From positions 416,001-480,000 of the forward strand of contig CBDCLE010000002.1 in NCBI GenBank assembly GCA_965218585.1: DNA of 64,000 bases, written 5' to 3'. This document shows, piece by piece, positions 18,712 to 28,447 of the stretch. The translations under genes were made by a program, and so were the position numbers. Below the pieces are notes generated by a model, which was not told where the DNA came from, made no database searches, and worked only from the letters and a program-made list of their open reading frames with translations. Origin of the DNA: Terriglobia bacterium. GTDB taxonomy: Bacteria > Acidobacteriota > Terriglobia > 20CM-2-55-15. Each line of letters begins with the position of its first letter. Position 1 is the stretch's first letter.

Positions 18712-20174
18712 AGCGATGGCAGGCACTTGTTTTTCCGGTCGTGATGATTGTGGCCGTGGGATGCGCGAAGAGCATTCCGACCCCTCAGCACAACCTCAGC
18801 ATTGCGGCACCGGAGGAGTGGACCGGCGGCGGGTTGGAGACGGGAACCCTCGACCAGGATTGGTGGATCTACTTTGAAGATGCCGACCTGAACCGGGCGA
18901 TTTCCGAGGCTCTTGAGGGAAACCACGACCTTCGCGCGGCTGCGGCGAGAATCGAAACGGCCCGTGCGGATGCTCTTATCGCGGGGGCCCCATTGCTGCC
19001 TGATACGAACTTAACGGTGGGGCGTAGTCAGCAGCGGCAGAACTTCATCGGCTTTCCGATTCCGGGAAGCGAATCGAACGTTTTGAGTACGACGTCCACG
19101 AACTACACCCTACGACTGAACGCAAGCTGGGAGCCTGATCTATGGGGGCGGATCCTCTCCGGTGAGCTTGGGGCGGTGACCAACACTCGAATCCGATATG
19201 CCGATCTCGCAGCTGCCCGCCTCTCTTTAACGGGTCAGGTTGCGAAAGCCTGGTTTGCCGCGGTCGAGGCCCAGCGGCAGGTCGAACTCGCGGAGATCTC
19301 GCTCGCCAGCTATCGGGTTTCTGCGGACAGGGTTCAGGCGCGTTTCCAGAGTGGCTTACGACCGTCGCTGGATTTGAGGCTGTCGCTGACAGAAGCGGCG
19401 ACGGCAGAAGCGACACTTGAGCAGCGGCTCGAGCAGCGCGATCGTGCCGAGAGGCAGCTCGAGACATTGATGGGTCGATACCCGTCGGGAGATTACGCTC
19501 TGGTTTCGGACCTGCCCGATCTGCCGACTTCGATTCCCGGGGGACTTCCATCCGAGTTGGTGCATCGCCGTCCCGATCTGGTTTCGGCTGAACTACAGGT
19601 TCTGGTCGCCGATACGCGAATCGCACAGGCCCAGGCTGATCTGCGCCCGCGATTCAGCCTCACTTCGGGAACAGGGACGTCGAGTGGCGACCTGCTTGAC
19701 CTGGTTGATAGCGACCTCTTCGTCTGGAACCTCGTAGGGAACATTGTTCAACCCCTATTCAATAACGGACGTCTGAAGGCGACCGTAGAACGGAATCAGA
19801 GTACGGTCGACGAACTGATGGCCAACTATGAGAGCCGGATTCTCCAGTCGTATCGGGAAGTCGAATCCGCTCTGGCCTCGGAGGAACTTCTCCTCCGCCG
19901 GGAGCAGGCCATAGCCGAGGCCGTACGCCAGTCGGTAGCCGCTCAGGAATTAGCCGAAGAACGTTACCGGTTGGGTCTGGCCGACATCATCACTGTGCTT
20001 TCCGCACAACGCACGGCGTACAACTCGGAAAGCCAGTTGCTGACGTTGAGGCGAACGCGACTGGACAATCGAGTCGATCTTCATCTGGCGCTCGGGGGTG
20101 GTTTCGATGGGGGGGATGTGCCCTCCGCCCTCGACCTCTTGGCCTCAGGCAATTTTGAAGGTGAATCCAATTGA
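18708..20174 (+). CDS. RND efflux outer-membrane lipoprotein (OprM/NodT family)
   Basis: Lipobox AVGC, WW..FED..LN, WEPDLWG, PSELVHRRPDL, LHLALGGG. Confidence 0.95.
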   Translation: MKRWQALVFPVVMIVAVGCAKSIPTPQHNLSIAAPEEWTGGGLETGTLDQDWWIYFEDADLNRAISEALEGNHDLRAAAARIETARADALIAGAPLLPDTNLTVGRSQQRQNFIGFPIPGSESNVLSTTSTNYTLRLNASWEPDLWGRILSGELGAVTNTRIRYADLAAARLSLTGQVAKAWFAAVEAQRQVELAEISLASYRVSADRVQARFQSGLRPSLDLRLSLTEAATAEATLEQRLEQRDRAERQLETLMGRYPSGDYALVSDLPDLPTSIPGGLPSELVHRRPDLVSAELQVLVADTRIAQAQADLRPRFSLTSGTGTSSGDLLDLVDSDLFVWNLVGNIVQPLFNNGRLKATVERNQSTVDELMANYESRILQSYREVESALASEELLLRREQAIAEAVRQSVAAQELAEERYRLGLADIITVLSAQRTAYNSESQLLTLRRTRLDNRVDLHLALGGGFDGGDVPSALDLLASGNFEGESN

Positions 20175-21406
20175 TCAAGCTATCGCTCAGAATATTCTTG
20201 CCGATCGCGGTAGTTGCCGGTGCTGGCTATGCGGCGATGACGATGATTCAGAACCGACCGGTACCCGAGACCCGAATCGCCGAAGTAACCCTTCCGTTGG
20301 TCGAGACCATGGAAGTGGGCTATTCCAATATCCGGCTCCTTGTGGCAGCCGAAGGCACGGTTGCTCCCCGGACAGAAACCGAGCTCGTTCCTGAGGTTTC
20401 CGGGCGTGTGATGACAGTGTCTCCCTCAGTAGCTGTTGGCGGCTTCTTTGAAGAGGGAGATGTCCTGCTCGAGCTAGACCGACGGGAGTACGAGTTAGCT
20501 GTGACGCGCTCCAGGGCGGCAATCGCCCAGGCGGAGTTACGGCTCGAAACCGAACGTCAGGAAGCCGCCGTGGCCTTGGAGGAATGGGAACTGCTGGGTG
20601 CGGGCCGACCTACACCGCTAGCGTTGCGGGAACCTCAGATCGCGGAAGCCCAGGCTTCGCTGGCGTCCGCGGAAGCCAACCTCCAGCAGGCGGAGTATGA
20701 CCTGGAACGAACCGTCGTCCGCGCCCCGTTTGCCGGCCGTGTTCGTTCAGAGCGCGTCGACGTGGGCCAGTTCGTGCAGCGGGGAAATTCTGTAGCCACC
20801 CTGTACGCCGTGGATGCGGCTGAAGTCCGTCTCCCTATTCCGGACGTTGAATTGCAATTTGTGGATCTTCCGCTCGGGTATCGGGGTGACGGTGGATTCG
20901 AGTCTGTGAGCGGACCCGACGTTGTTCTGCGCTCGGAATTCGCCGGAAACCGATACGAGTGGCGCGGAAAGATTGTCCGGACCGAAGGCGAAATCGATCC
21001 ACGGACCCGCATGGTGCATGCGATCGCCCGCATTGAAGATCCTTACGCCCGAAGCGGACGTAGCGGTCGTCCTCCCCTGGCGGTGGGCATGTTTGTGGAA
21101 GCCGAGATCCAGGGACGGTCTTCGGGAGAGATTGTCGTTCTTCCGCGATCCGTTCTGAGAGGTGCGGACCAGGTCCTGGTCGTGAACGAAAGGGACGAGT
21201 TGCGTTTCCAGCAGGTAGAGATCTTCCGCTTGGAGCGGGATCGTGTCCTGGTGCGATCCGGCCTTGAGGAAGGCGAACAGATAGTGGTTTCCCCCTTGGA
21301 GAACGCCGTGAATGGAATGAAGGTTCGCATCAACACGTATCCTCCGATCGGACAGATCTCGTCCAAAACGTCCGGGACCGCGGGCACGGAACACACAGGG
21401 GAGTAG
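20171..21406 (+). CDS. RND efflux periplasmic adaptor (MFP)
   Basis: PEVSGRV, GDVLLELD, RAPFAGRV, IDPRTRM, GMFV motifs; TTG start overlaps the upstream stop. Confidence 0.95.
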   Translation: MIKLSLRIFLPIAVVAGAGYAAMTMIQNRPVPETRIAEVTLPLVETMEVGYSNIRLLVAAEGTVAPRTETELVPEVSGRVMTVSPSVAVGGFFEEGDVLLELDRREYELAVTRSRAAIAQAELRLETERQEAAVALEEWELLGAGRPTPLALREPQIAEAQASLASAEANLQQAEYDLERTVVRAPFAGRVRSERVDVGQFVQRGNSVATLYAVDAAEVRLPIPDVELQFVDLPLGYRGDGGFESVSGPDVVLRSEFAGNRYEWRGKIVRTEGEIDPRTRMVHAIARIEDPYARSGRSGRPPLAVGMFVEAEIQGRSSGEIVVLPRSVLRGADQVLVVNERDELRFQQVEIFRLERDRVLVRSGLEEGEQIVVSPLENAVNGMKVRINTYPPIGQISSKTSGTAGTEHTGE

Positions 21407-21409
21407 TGG

Positions 21410-24400
21410 ATGAAGTCGCTGATCGCATGGTTCGCAAATAACGGTGTCGTTGCTAATCTTCTGATGCTCATCATCATCGCACTGGGTGTGATGGCGGTGT
21501 TCTCCGTAAATCAGGAAGTTTTTCCCGAGTTTGAAGCCGAAACGATCTCGGTTTCGGTGCCCTATCGAGGGGCTGCGCCGGAAGAAGTTGAAGAAGCGGT
21601 TTCGGTTCGAATCGAGGAATCGATTCAGGGACTGGAAGGTGTCAAGCGGATCACCTCGACGTCTTCCGAAGGCGCCGCGTCGGTCATGGTCGAGGTCGAG
21701 ACAGGCTATGACACGCGCGAGCTTCTTGACGATGTCAAGGCCCGCGTAGATGCCATTTCTACGTTCCCGCTCGAGACCGAGGAACCTGTCGTCCAGGAAA
21801 TGCTGATCCGGATGCAGGTGATCAACGTGTCACTGTACGGGGACACGGATGAACTGACCCTTAGACTTCTCGGCGAGCGTGTCCGGGATGAAATTGTGGC
21901 GCTGGATGGTATCAGTCAGGCCGATCTGAAAAGCATTCGTCCTTACGAGATCGCGATCGAGGTGTCGGAGGACGTTCTTAGACGCTATGGTCTGACGTTC
22001 GACGATGTGGCGCAAGCAGTCAGGCGTTCATCGATAGACCTCCCCGGAGGGTCGGTCAATTCCGATTCCGGAGAAATCCTTCTGCGCACCGAAGGGCAGG
22101 CTTACAGAGGCGAAGAGTATGAAGACCTCACTCTGTTGACCCGACCCGATGGCACTCGCCTGCGTCTGGCCGATGTGGGGACGGTAATTGACGGTTTTGA
22201 GGAGACGGACCAGTGGTCCAGGTTCGACGGCCAACCTGCGGTTATGGTCCAGGTATTTCGCGTGGGAGACGAAAACGCTCCGGACGTCTCCGAGACGGTT
22301 CGAAGCTACGTCGCGGAAGCTGGCGACCGACTGCCTCCTGGCATTTCGATCGCCACCTGGCAGGATACCTCCGTGTTGCTGGAAGACCGTACCAACATGC
22401 TCCTGCGCAACGGCTTCACCGGGCTGATCCTGGTCTTCATCGTGTTGACGCTTTTCTTGCGAATGCGGTTGGCGATCTGGGTTGCCATCGGTATTCCCGT
22501 CGCGTTCCTGGGTGCGATGTCGACGATGCCGTTCACAGGTCAGACAATCAACATGATGACGTTGTTTTCGTTCATCCTCGTTCTGGGCATCGTCGTCGAC
22601 GACGCCATTATCATTGCCGAACGGATCCACTACCGCCAGGATGAACTCGGGGAGGGGCTAAGGGGGGCGATCCTGGGAACGCAGGAGGTCGCGATCCCGA
22701 TCATATTCGGAGTTCTGACGACGGTCGCAGCCTTTTCTCCTTTCATGATGGTTCCCGGCATGATGGGGAACTTCTCTCGTGCGATCCCGTTGATAGTCGT
22801 TCCGGTCCTGCTGTTTTCCCTCGTCGAATCCCAACTCGTGTTGCCCTACCACCTTTCGCATCACACAGAGAAGAAAAGGGAAAAGAAACCGAACATACTG
22901 GCCCGGGCGTGGAACGGTTTCTTCGACGGATTCACTCATATGCTGGAGTGGCTCGTCCACCAGGTCTATACCCCCGTCCTGCGGCGTGCCATCGGCTGGC
23001 GTTACCTGACCGCATCGATTGCCATCGCGTCGCTCGTGCTGACCGTGGGTCTTATATATGGAGGGATGATCGATTACGTGTTCATGCCCAATATGGATTC
23101 GGACAACGTCATTGTGACGCTGACGATGCCGGAGGAAACTCCCGCTGAGATTACTGCCCAGGCGATCGAAAACATCGAGGATGCGGCAATCGAGTTGAGT
23201 GGAGACCTGGAAGCTGAGTACGGCTATCCGCTCTTCCAACATGTGCTCTCGAGCGTCGGAGAGCAGCCGTCGGCGGGTCTGAACCCCATGGCGGGTGGTG
23301 TGACCCCATCGCAGGCCTACCTTGGAGAGGTCAACATCGAGCTTATCCCTGGAGACACACGTCCACTTTCGAGTACCCAAATCGGCAACCGGCTTCGAGC
23401 GCGTGTCGATCCGATTCCCGGCGTCGTCGAACTGGATTACCTGACGGACCTGATGATGGCGGGCAAGCCCATCGACATCCAGTTGGCGGGGCCCGACATC
23501 GATGAATTGCGCGTGGTCGCGGCCGAAGTCCGAGCTCGACTCGAGGAATATCCGGGAGTGATCGACATCACGGATTCCTTCCGTAGCGGCAAACCTGAAA
23601 TCGAATTGACCATACAACCGAGCGCGGAACCGCTCGGCCTCTCCCTCCAGGATCTGGGCCGGCAGGTCCGTCAGGGTTTCTTTGGCGAAGAAGCTCAGAG
23701 GATCCAACGGGGCCGGGATGATGTCCGGGTCATGGTCCGCTATCCCGCCGAAGAGCGTGAGTCGATTGGCGACCTGGAATACATGAGGGTCCGAACCCCG
23801 GACGGGGGACAGGTTCCATTCGGTACGGTTGCGGAAGCCGAGATTGGGCGGGGGTTCTCCAGTATCCGGCGTGTGGATCGTCAGCGAGCGATCAACGTGA
23901 CGGCTGGAGTGGACGCGGACGTGGGAAACGCAGCCATGATCCTCTTCGACTTTACGGCCAGCCAGATGCCCGAAGTCCTGGCCGCCCATCCCCAGGTGAC
24001 GTACTCCTTTGAAGGAGAGCAGCAGATGGAGGAAGAGTTTACGGGTGGTTTGACGCGGGGTTTCCTGATTGCGCTCTTCGTGATATTTGCATTGCTGGCC
24101 ATTCCCTTGAAGTCCTATCTACAGCCGTTGATCGTCATGTCTGCCGTTCCCTTCGGCCTGGTCGGTGCCGTGATCGGCCATGTCGTTTTCGGAGTTACCC
24201 TCAACTTCATGTCGATGATGGGCATGGTTGCCGTCGCCGGTGTGGTCGTCAATGACAGTCTTGTGCTGGTCCATTTCATCAATCGGGGAATCAGCAAACA
24301 TGGGTCTTTGATAGACGCTGTTGTTCAGGCAGGCTCGGCTCGATTCCGTCCCATTCTACTGACGTCTCTGACTACGACCGCCGGCGTGACACCGTTGATG

Positions 24401-24592
24401 CTGGAAACCAGTCTTCAGGCCCAGTTCATGATCCCGATGGCTGTGGCGATGGCTTCCGGAGTTCTGTTTGCTACCACGATCACCTTGCTTCTGGTGCCAT
24501 CGGTCTACCTGATCCTGGAAGATGTCAGGAGCCTCTTTGGTCTTCGGAACCACTTCGTACCCGAACCGGCGCCATCAAGTGTTCAACCCTGA
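21410..24592 (+). CDS. RND efflux permease (AcrB/AcrD/AcrF family)
   Basis: 1060 aa, 12-TM pattern, GIVVDDAII and RFRPILLTSLTT motifs. Confidence 0.97.
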   Translation: MKSLIAWFANNGVVANLLMLIIIALGVMAVFSVNQEVFPEFEAETISVSVPYRGAAPEEVEEAVSVRIEESIQGLEGVKRITSTSSEGAASVMVEVETGYDTRELLDDVKARVDAISTFPLETEEPVVQEMLIRMQVINVSLYGDTDELTLRLLGERVRDEIVALDGISQADLKSIRPYEIAIEVSEDVLRRYGLTFDDVAQAVRRSSIDLPGGSVNSDSGEILLRTEGQAYRGEEYEDLTLLTRPDGTRLRLADVGTVIDGFEETDQWSRFDGQPAVMVQVFRVGDENAPDVSETVRSYVAEAGDRLPPGISIATWQDTSVLLEDRTNMLLRNGFTGLILVFIVLTLFLRMRLAIWVAIGIPVAFLGAMSTMPFTGQTINMMTLFSFILVLGIVVDDAIIIAERIHYRQDELGEGLRGAILGTQEVAIPIIFGVLTTVAAFSPFMMVPGMMGNFSRAIPLIVVPVLLFSLVESQLVLPYHLSHHTEKKREKKPNILARAWNGFFDGFTHMLEWLVHQVYTPVLRRAIGWRYLTASIAIASLVLTVGLIYGGMIDYVFMPNMDSDNVIVTLTMPEETPAEITAQAIENIEDAAIELSGDLEAEYGYPLFQHVLSSVGEQPSAGLNPMAGGVTPSQAYLGEVNIELIPGDTRPLSSTQIGNRLRARVDPIPGVVELDYLTDLMMAGKPIDIQLAGPDIDELRVVAAEVRARLEEYPGVIDITDSFRSGKPEIELTIQPSAEPLGLSLQDLGRQVRQGFFGEEAQRIQRGRDDVRVMVRYPAEERESIGDLEYMRVRTPDGGQVPFGTVAEAEIGRGFSSIRRVDRQRAINVTAGVDADVGNAAMILFDFTASQMPEVLAAHPQVTYSFEGEQQMEEEFTGGLTRGFLIALFVIFALLAIPLKSYLQPLIVMSAVPFGLVGAVIGHVVFGVTLNFMSMMGMVAVAGVVVNDSLVLVHFINRGISKHGSLIDAVVQAGSARFRPILLTSLTTTAGVTPLMLETSLQAQFMIPMAVAMASGVLFATTITLLLVPSVYLILEDVRSLFGLRNHFVPEPAPSSVQP

Positions 24593-24629
24593 TCGCATCA
24601 AGCGCACTCGATAATGGAGAATAACCACG

Positions 24630-25076
24630 ATGACTAAACGAATATCCCTCCTGGAAGACTCTCCGAGCAAGAGCCTCTTGAGAATTGCCGGCAACCGAGC
24701 GTGCGGGATTCTGGCAACTATGCGGTTCGACGGGCATTGTGTCAGCGCGCCTGATGACACAAGAAACAACAGAAGAGCGGAGCATCAGTTCGAGCGCTAT
24801 GCCTTCGAAGCTTTCAAGCCAGAACTCAAGGATCGCCTCCCCCAGCTTGTCAGCCTGCTCAATGAACAGGGCCTCGGGGAGCCAGACCGAAAACGAAAAG
24901 GTTTCTACAACCTCCAGGACCAAGAGCACTGGTACTACGTTCATGTTCACGAGGCACTGCGGAAGATATATCTGGTTGGTTATCGCCGAAACGAATCGGC
25001 CCAGGCGACACAGTGGTCAGATTGCTTTGGAAACGCTGCCGGGCAGGATCTGGACCGATCGACGTGCGCATGTTGA
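24630..25076 (+). CDS. Hypothetical protein
   Basis: GGAGA RBS; fills the gap after the RND gene and is followed by a hairpin; no recognisable family. Confidence 0.5.
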   Translation: MTKRISLLEDSPSKSLLRIAGNRACGILATMRFDGHCVSAPDDTRNNRRAEHQFERYAFEAFKPELKDRLPQLVSLLNEQGLGEPDRKRKGFYNLQDQEHWYYVHVHEALRKIYLVGYRRNESAQATQWSDCFGNAAGQDLDRSTCAC

Positions 25077-25102
25077 CCACGCTGTTGCGGCACTGATCGA
25101 AC

Positions 25103-25136
25103 TGTTTGTGCGCTCTGTGAGCGCACAAACAATTTT
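25103..25136 (+). terminator. Putative intrinsic terminator
   Basis: 13-bp inverted repeat TGTTTGTGCGCTC / GAGCGCACAAACA with a 3-nt loop, followed by ATTTT. Confidence 0.55.
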
Positions 25137-25176
25137 AAGAGCGTGCGGTCATAGACCGCACCTACAGAAGAACGGA

Positions 25177-26760
25177 ATGATTGGTCGTACATCAGCGCGT
25201 CACAGAATCAGCTTCGTTATTGGTTTCGCGCTGTTCCTGTCTGCCTGCGCTTCCGATCCCGGCCCCACGCCACCGACAGAAACATTTGATCTGGCTGAGG
25301 CAACCATCGCCGAGATCGAGTCGGCATTTCTCTCTGAAGAAGTGACCTGTGTCGAGTTGATCTCGGGCTACCTTGCCCGAATCGAGGCTTACGACGGCCG
25401 GGGCCCCGAACTGAACGTGATCATTACACTGAATCCCAGAGCCCTCGACGTTGCTGCCGACCTGGACGCACAGTACGCCGCGTCACCCGATGATGTTGGA
25501 CCTCTCCACTGTATCCCTGTAATCGTGAAGGACAACTTCGACACCTCGGATCTGCCGACGACAGGCGGATCCGTGACGTTTGCAGCGTCGTATCCGCCCG
25601 ATGATGCGTTCATGGTCCGGCGTCTGCGTGATGCCGGCGCGATAGTGCTCGCCAAGTCCAACCTGACTGAAATGGCCAGGGGCGGCCTGACGGCCAGTTC
25701 ATTGGGCGGCCAGACCCGCAATCCCTATGACCTGACGCGAACACCCGGAGGGTCGAGTGGCGGGACGGGTGCCGCGATTGCCGCGGGTTTCGGAGTCCTG
25801 GGAACAGGGAGCGATACCGGTCAGTCGATCCGCTCGCCGGCATCGGCGCAGAGTTTGGTCGGTCTGCGGTCGACCCGTGGCCTGGTGAGCCGCGACGGTG
25901 TCATTCCCAACAGCGTGACACAGGACGAGGTTGGCCCGATCACACGAACCGTAGAGGATGCAGCCCGGATGATGGACGTCATTGCGGGGTATGATCCTGC
26001 CGACCCCATCACAGCCTTCGGTGTCAGTCATATCCCCAATAGCTACACAGAAACGCTCGATCCGGATGGCTTAAACGGTGCTCGGATCGGCGTCGTGATG
26101 GATGTCTTCGGTACCGAAGCCGTTCATGAAGCAGTCAACGCCGTAACCGAGGATGCAATAGCCCAAATGGAGGTGGCGGGCGCAACGCTGGTCCGGATCC
26201 GCATTCCGGATTTCGCCAATACGGTGAGCGAGGTCGCTGTCGCTTCGTTCGAAGGCAAGATCGTATTTGAGCAGTACCTGGCTGACCTTGGGGCGAATGC
26301 GCCTGTCCGGAGCTTAACCGAGTTCGTCGAGCGTGGAGAATTTCATGAAACCATCCGGGCCGACCTCGAGCTGACAGTGGGCATCGAGGACGGCATGAAC
26401 GATCCGGAATACCGACGTCGTCTGTTTCGACGCGAAAACCTCCGACGGGCATTGATGAAGGTCATGGCAGACAACGACCTCGACGCTTTGCTCTATCCGC
26501 ACCAGCGCCGGCTGGTGGCCGCGATTGGAGAGGCACAACTCGAACGTAACGGCGTTCTTTCGAACGCGACGGGTTTCCCGGCGTTGACGATTCCCGGAGG
26601 ATTCTCCTCGCCAACGGAATCGGCGCCATTGGGCGTGCCGGTCGGGATCGAACTCCTTGGACCGGACTGGAGCGAGCCGACGCTCCTGAGGTTGGCCTTT
26701 GCTTTCGAACAAGCGCCAATGATTCGCAGGTCCCCGGTTACGACACCGTCGATTAATTGA
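25177..26760 (+). CDS. Amidase-signature family lipoprotein
   Basis: Lipobox LSAC; VIVKDN, GGSSGG, GSDTGQSIRSPAS (Ser-cisSer-Lys triad). Start set to ATG 25177. Confidence 0.93.
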   Translation: MIGRTSARHRISFVIGFALFLSACASDPGPTPPTETFDLAEATIAEIESAFLSEEVTCVELISGYLARIEAYDGRGPELNVIITLNPRALDVAADLDAQYAASPDDVGPLHCIPVIVKDNFDTSDLPTTGGSVTFAASYPPDDAFMVRRLRDAGAIVLAKSNLTEMARGGLTASSLGGQTRNPYDLTRTPGGSSGGTGAAIAAGFGVLGTGSDTGQSIRSPASAQSLVGLRSTRGLVSRDGVIPNSVTQDEVGPITRTVEDAARMMDVIAGYDPADPITAFGVSHIPNSYTETLDPDGLNGARIGVVMDVFGTEAVHEAVNAVTEDAIAQMEVAGATLVRIRIPDFANTVSEVAVASFEGKIVFEQYLADLGANAPVRSLTEFVERGEFHETIRADLELTVGIEDGMNDPEYRRRLFRRENLRRALMKVMADNDLDALLYPHQRRLVAAIGEAQLERNGVLSNATGFPALTIPGGFSSPTESAPLGVPVGIELLGPDWSEPTLLRLAFAFEQAPMIRRSPVTTPSIN

Positions 26761-26789
26761 AGAGCTCGTTATTCATCGGAGGAGATTCA

Positions 26790-27608
26790 ATGAAACTGCA
26801 ACTACTGCCAGTGACTTTACTGCTTGTTCTGGTCAACGGCGCTGTGGCCCAAAACGAAGCCGTGGCTCAGCAGGTGGATACGGTGTTTCTCGAAGAACTC
26901 ACGACAGTCGAAGTCCAGGATGCGATCGAGAACGGCACGACCACCATTATCCTGCCTACAGCAGGGACGGAACAGAACGGCCCTCACCTGGTGCTGGGCA
27001 AACACAAGTACATCGTCAATTACGCGTCGGACGAGATCGCGCGCCGTTTGGGCAATACACTGGTCGCACCGGTCGTGACGTACGTGCCGGAAGGCGCCGT
27101 CGATCCGCTTTCAGGACACATGCGTTTCGCGGGAACGATTACGCTGCCGAACGAATTCTTCATGAAGCTTGTCGAATACGCCGCACGGAGTTTCCAAGCC
27201 CATGGTTTTACGAACATCGTGTTCCTCGCCGACAGTGGTGGGAACCTGAACGGCATGCGGGCGGTTGCCGACCAGCTCAACGAGGAGTGGTCAGGCGACG
27301 CTGCGCGCGTCCACTTCGCCGACGATTACTATTCCGACAACGGTTGGAGCGAGTGGTTGATCGAGCAGGGCGAAACAGAAGAATCTATTGGTGGCCACGC
27401 GGGCCTCGACACGACATCGGAGCTTCTGTTTGTTGCGCCCCAACATGTCCGTCAGGACCAGTTGATACCTGAGAGTGAAGCAGATTCGAGTCGCTATAGT
27501 TTTTCAGGCGATCCTACCCGCACTTCGGTCGAATATGGCCGGAATGGACTCGAACTAAAGATTGGGGCCGCGGTTCGACAGATCCGGGCGTTGATCAACG
27601 CGAGGTAA
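26790..27608 (+). CDS. Creatininase-family amidohydrolase with signal peptide
   Basis: GTEQNGPH, DSGGN and HAGLDTTS motifs; GGAGGAG RBS before ATG 26790. Confidence 0.88.
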   Translation: MKLQLLPVTLLLVLVNGAVAQNEAVAQQVDTVFLEELTTVEVQDAIENGTTTIILPTAGTEQNGPHLVLGKHKYIVNYASDEIARRLGNTLVAPVVTYVPEGAVDPLSGHMRFAGTITLPNEFFMKLVEYAARSFQAHGFTNIVFLADSGGNLNGMRAVADQLNEEWSGDAARVHFADDYYSDNGWSEWLIEQGETEESIGGHAGLDTTSELLFVAPQHVRQDQLIPESEADSSRYSFSGDPTRTSVEYGRNGLELKIGAAVRQIRALINAR

Positions 27609-27638
27609 AATAGGGACATAGGTGTCTGACCCCATTTT
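27607..27638. repeat. REP-like palindromic repeat
   Basis: AAAATAGGGACATAGGTGTCTGACCCCATTTT; its reverse complement matches 40771-40802 at 30 of 32 positions. Lies between convergent genes. Confidence 0.8.
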
Positions 27639-28432
27639 TACGGGCCGGTCTCGTACTCCACTTCCACTTCCAGAAAACCGGCATTCGCAGGGTTCGCGAC
27701 TTCAGGCAGGAATCCGTTCGAGAGAAATTCGTAGTCGCCAGCAGGTACCGTTCTTGCTGCTCCACGACTGAGGTAGTAAGTCCGGTCAGCACCAACCAGC
27801 ATCGCCTCACCCTGGGGAAACCACGAAGCGTTGTCCGATTTCCTCGCAGTGACCAATCGGACATATCCCGACTCCCCGACCCGAATCTGCGTGTTCTCAG
27901 GCGTCAAGGTAGCTGAACTGGGCTGGCCGGCCAGCCGGACGCGCATCGCGTGGAGGGCTTGCGATTCGTTTCCGTATTCGAGCGTGAAGAAGTTGCCTTC
28001 GTCGGGAAAGATACCGTCCCATTCCAGTTGGACGGCAACGAATATTTCCTCCGATTCGTTCGGTGGGTCTCCAAAGGAAGATCCGGTGTGCGAGATTTCG
28101 ATGTCCCCTCTTGGTCGGCCTTGCCAGACAAGAACTGCACCGGGGAAACCGCACGGCTCTTCATCCTCGCGCCGAGTCAGTGTCTCAAGCGTGCACACAC
28201 TGACACGGGTCAGGACATCAAGGTTGACCGGGTCCATCGGTACGCGGATAGCCCGTCCATTCGGAACGCGACACCAGTAACGTGCGGGTGGAGATTCTGT
28301 GAATCGGATGCTTGAACTGCAATTGCCGCTGTAGTTGGAGCGGAAAGTCGTCCGTGAGGTGTCCTGGGACCACGCTTGGAGAGGTCCCAGGACAAACGCC
28401 ATTACGAGGAATAGAGTTCCGGGTTTCGACAT
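27638..28432 (-). CDS. Hypothetical secreted protein
   Basis: Signal peptide (LFLVMAFVLGPLQAWS); beta-rich with several Cys; follows the dehydrogenase gene on the same strand. Confidence 0.6.
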   Translation of the reverse strand: MSKPGTLFLVMAFVLGPLQAWSQDTSRTTFRSNYSGNCSSSIRFTESPPARYWCRVPNGRAIRVPMDPVNLDVLTRVSVCTLETLTRREDEEPCGFPGAVLVWQGRPRGDIEISHTGSSFGDPPNESEEIFVAVQLEWDGIFPDEGNFFTLEYGNESQALHAMRVRLAGQPSSATLTPENTQIRVGESGYVRLVTARKSDNASWFPQGEAMLVGADRTYYLSRGAARTVPAGDYEFLSNGFLPEVANPANAGFLEVEVEYETGP

Positions 28433-28447
28433 AGCCAGATCGAGAGT

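Noticed and set aside
22658-23989. 443-aa antisense ORF (also 44803-45792, 28544-29341, 48784-49548, 10951-11706)
   Set aside because: Each lies wholly opposite a well-supported gene, a typical high-GC codon-bias artefact, and shows no motifs.
24685-25176. 164-aa N-terminal extension of the amidase ORF
   Set aside because: It crosses a terminator-like hairpin and another ORF; the lipoprotein signal begins at ATG 25177.
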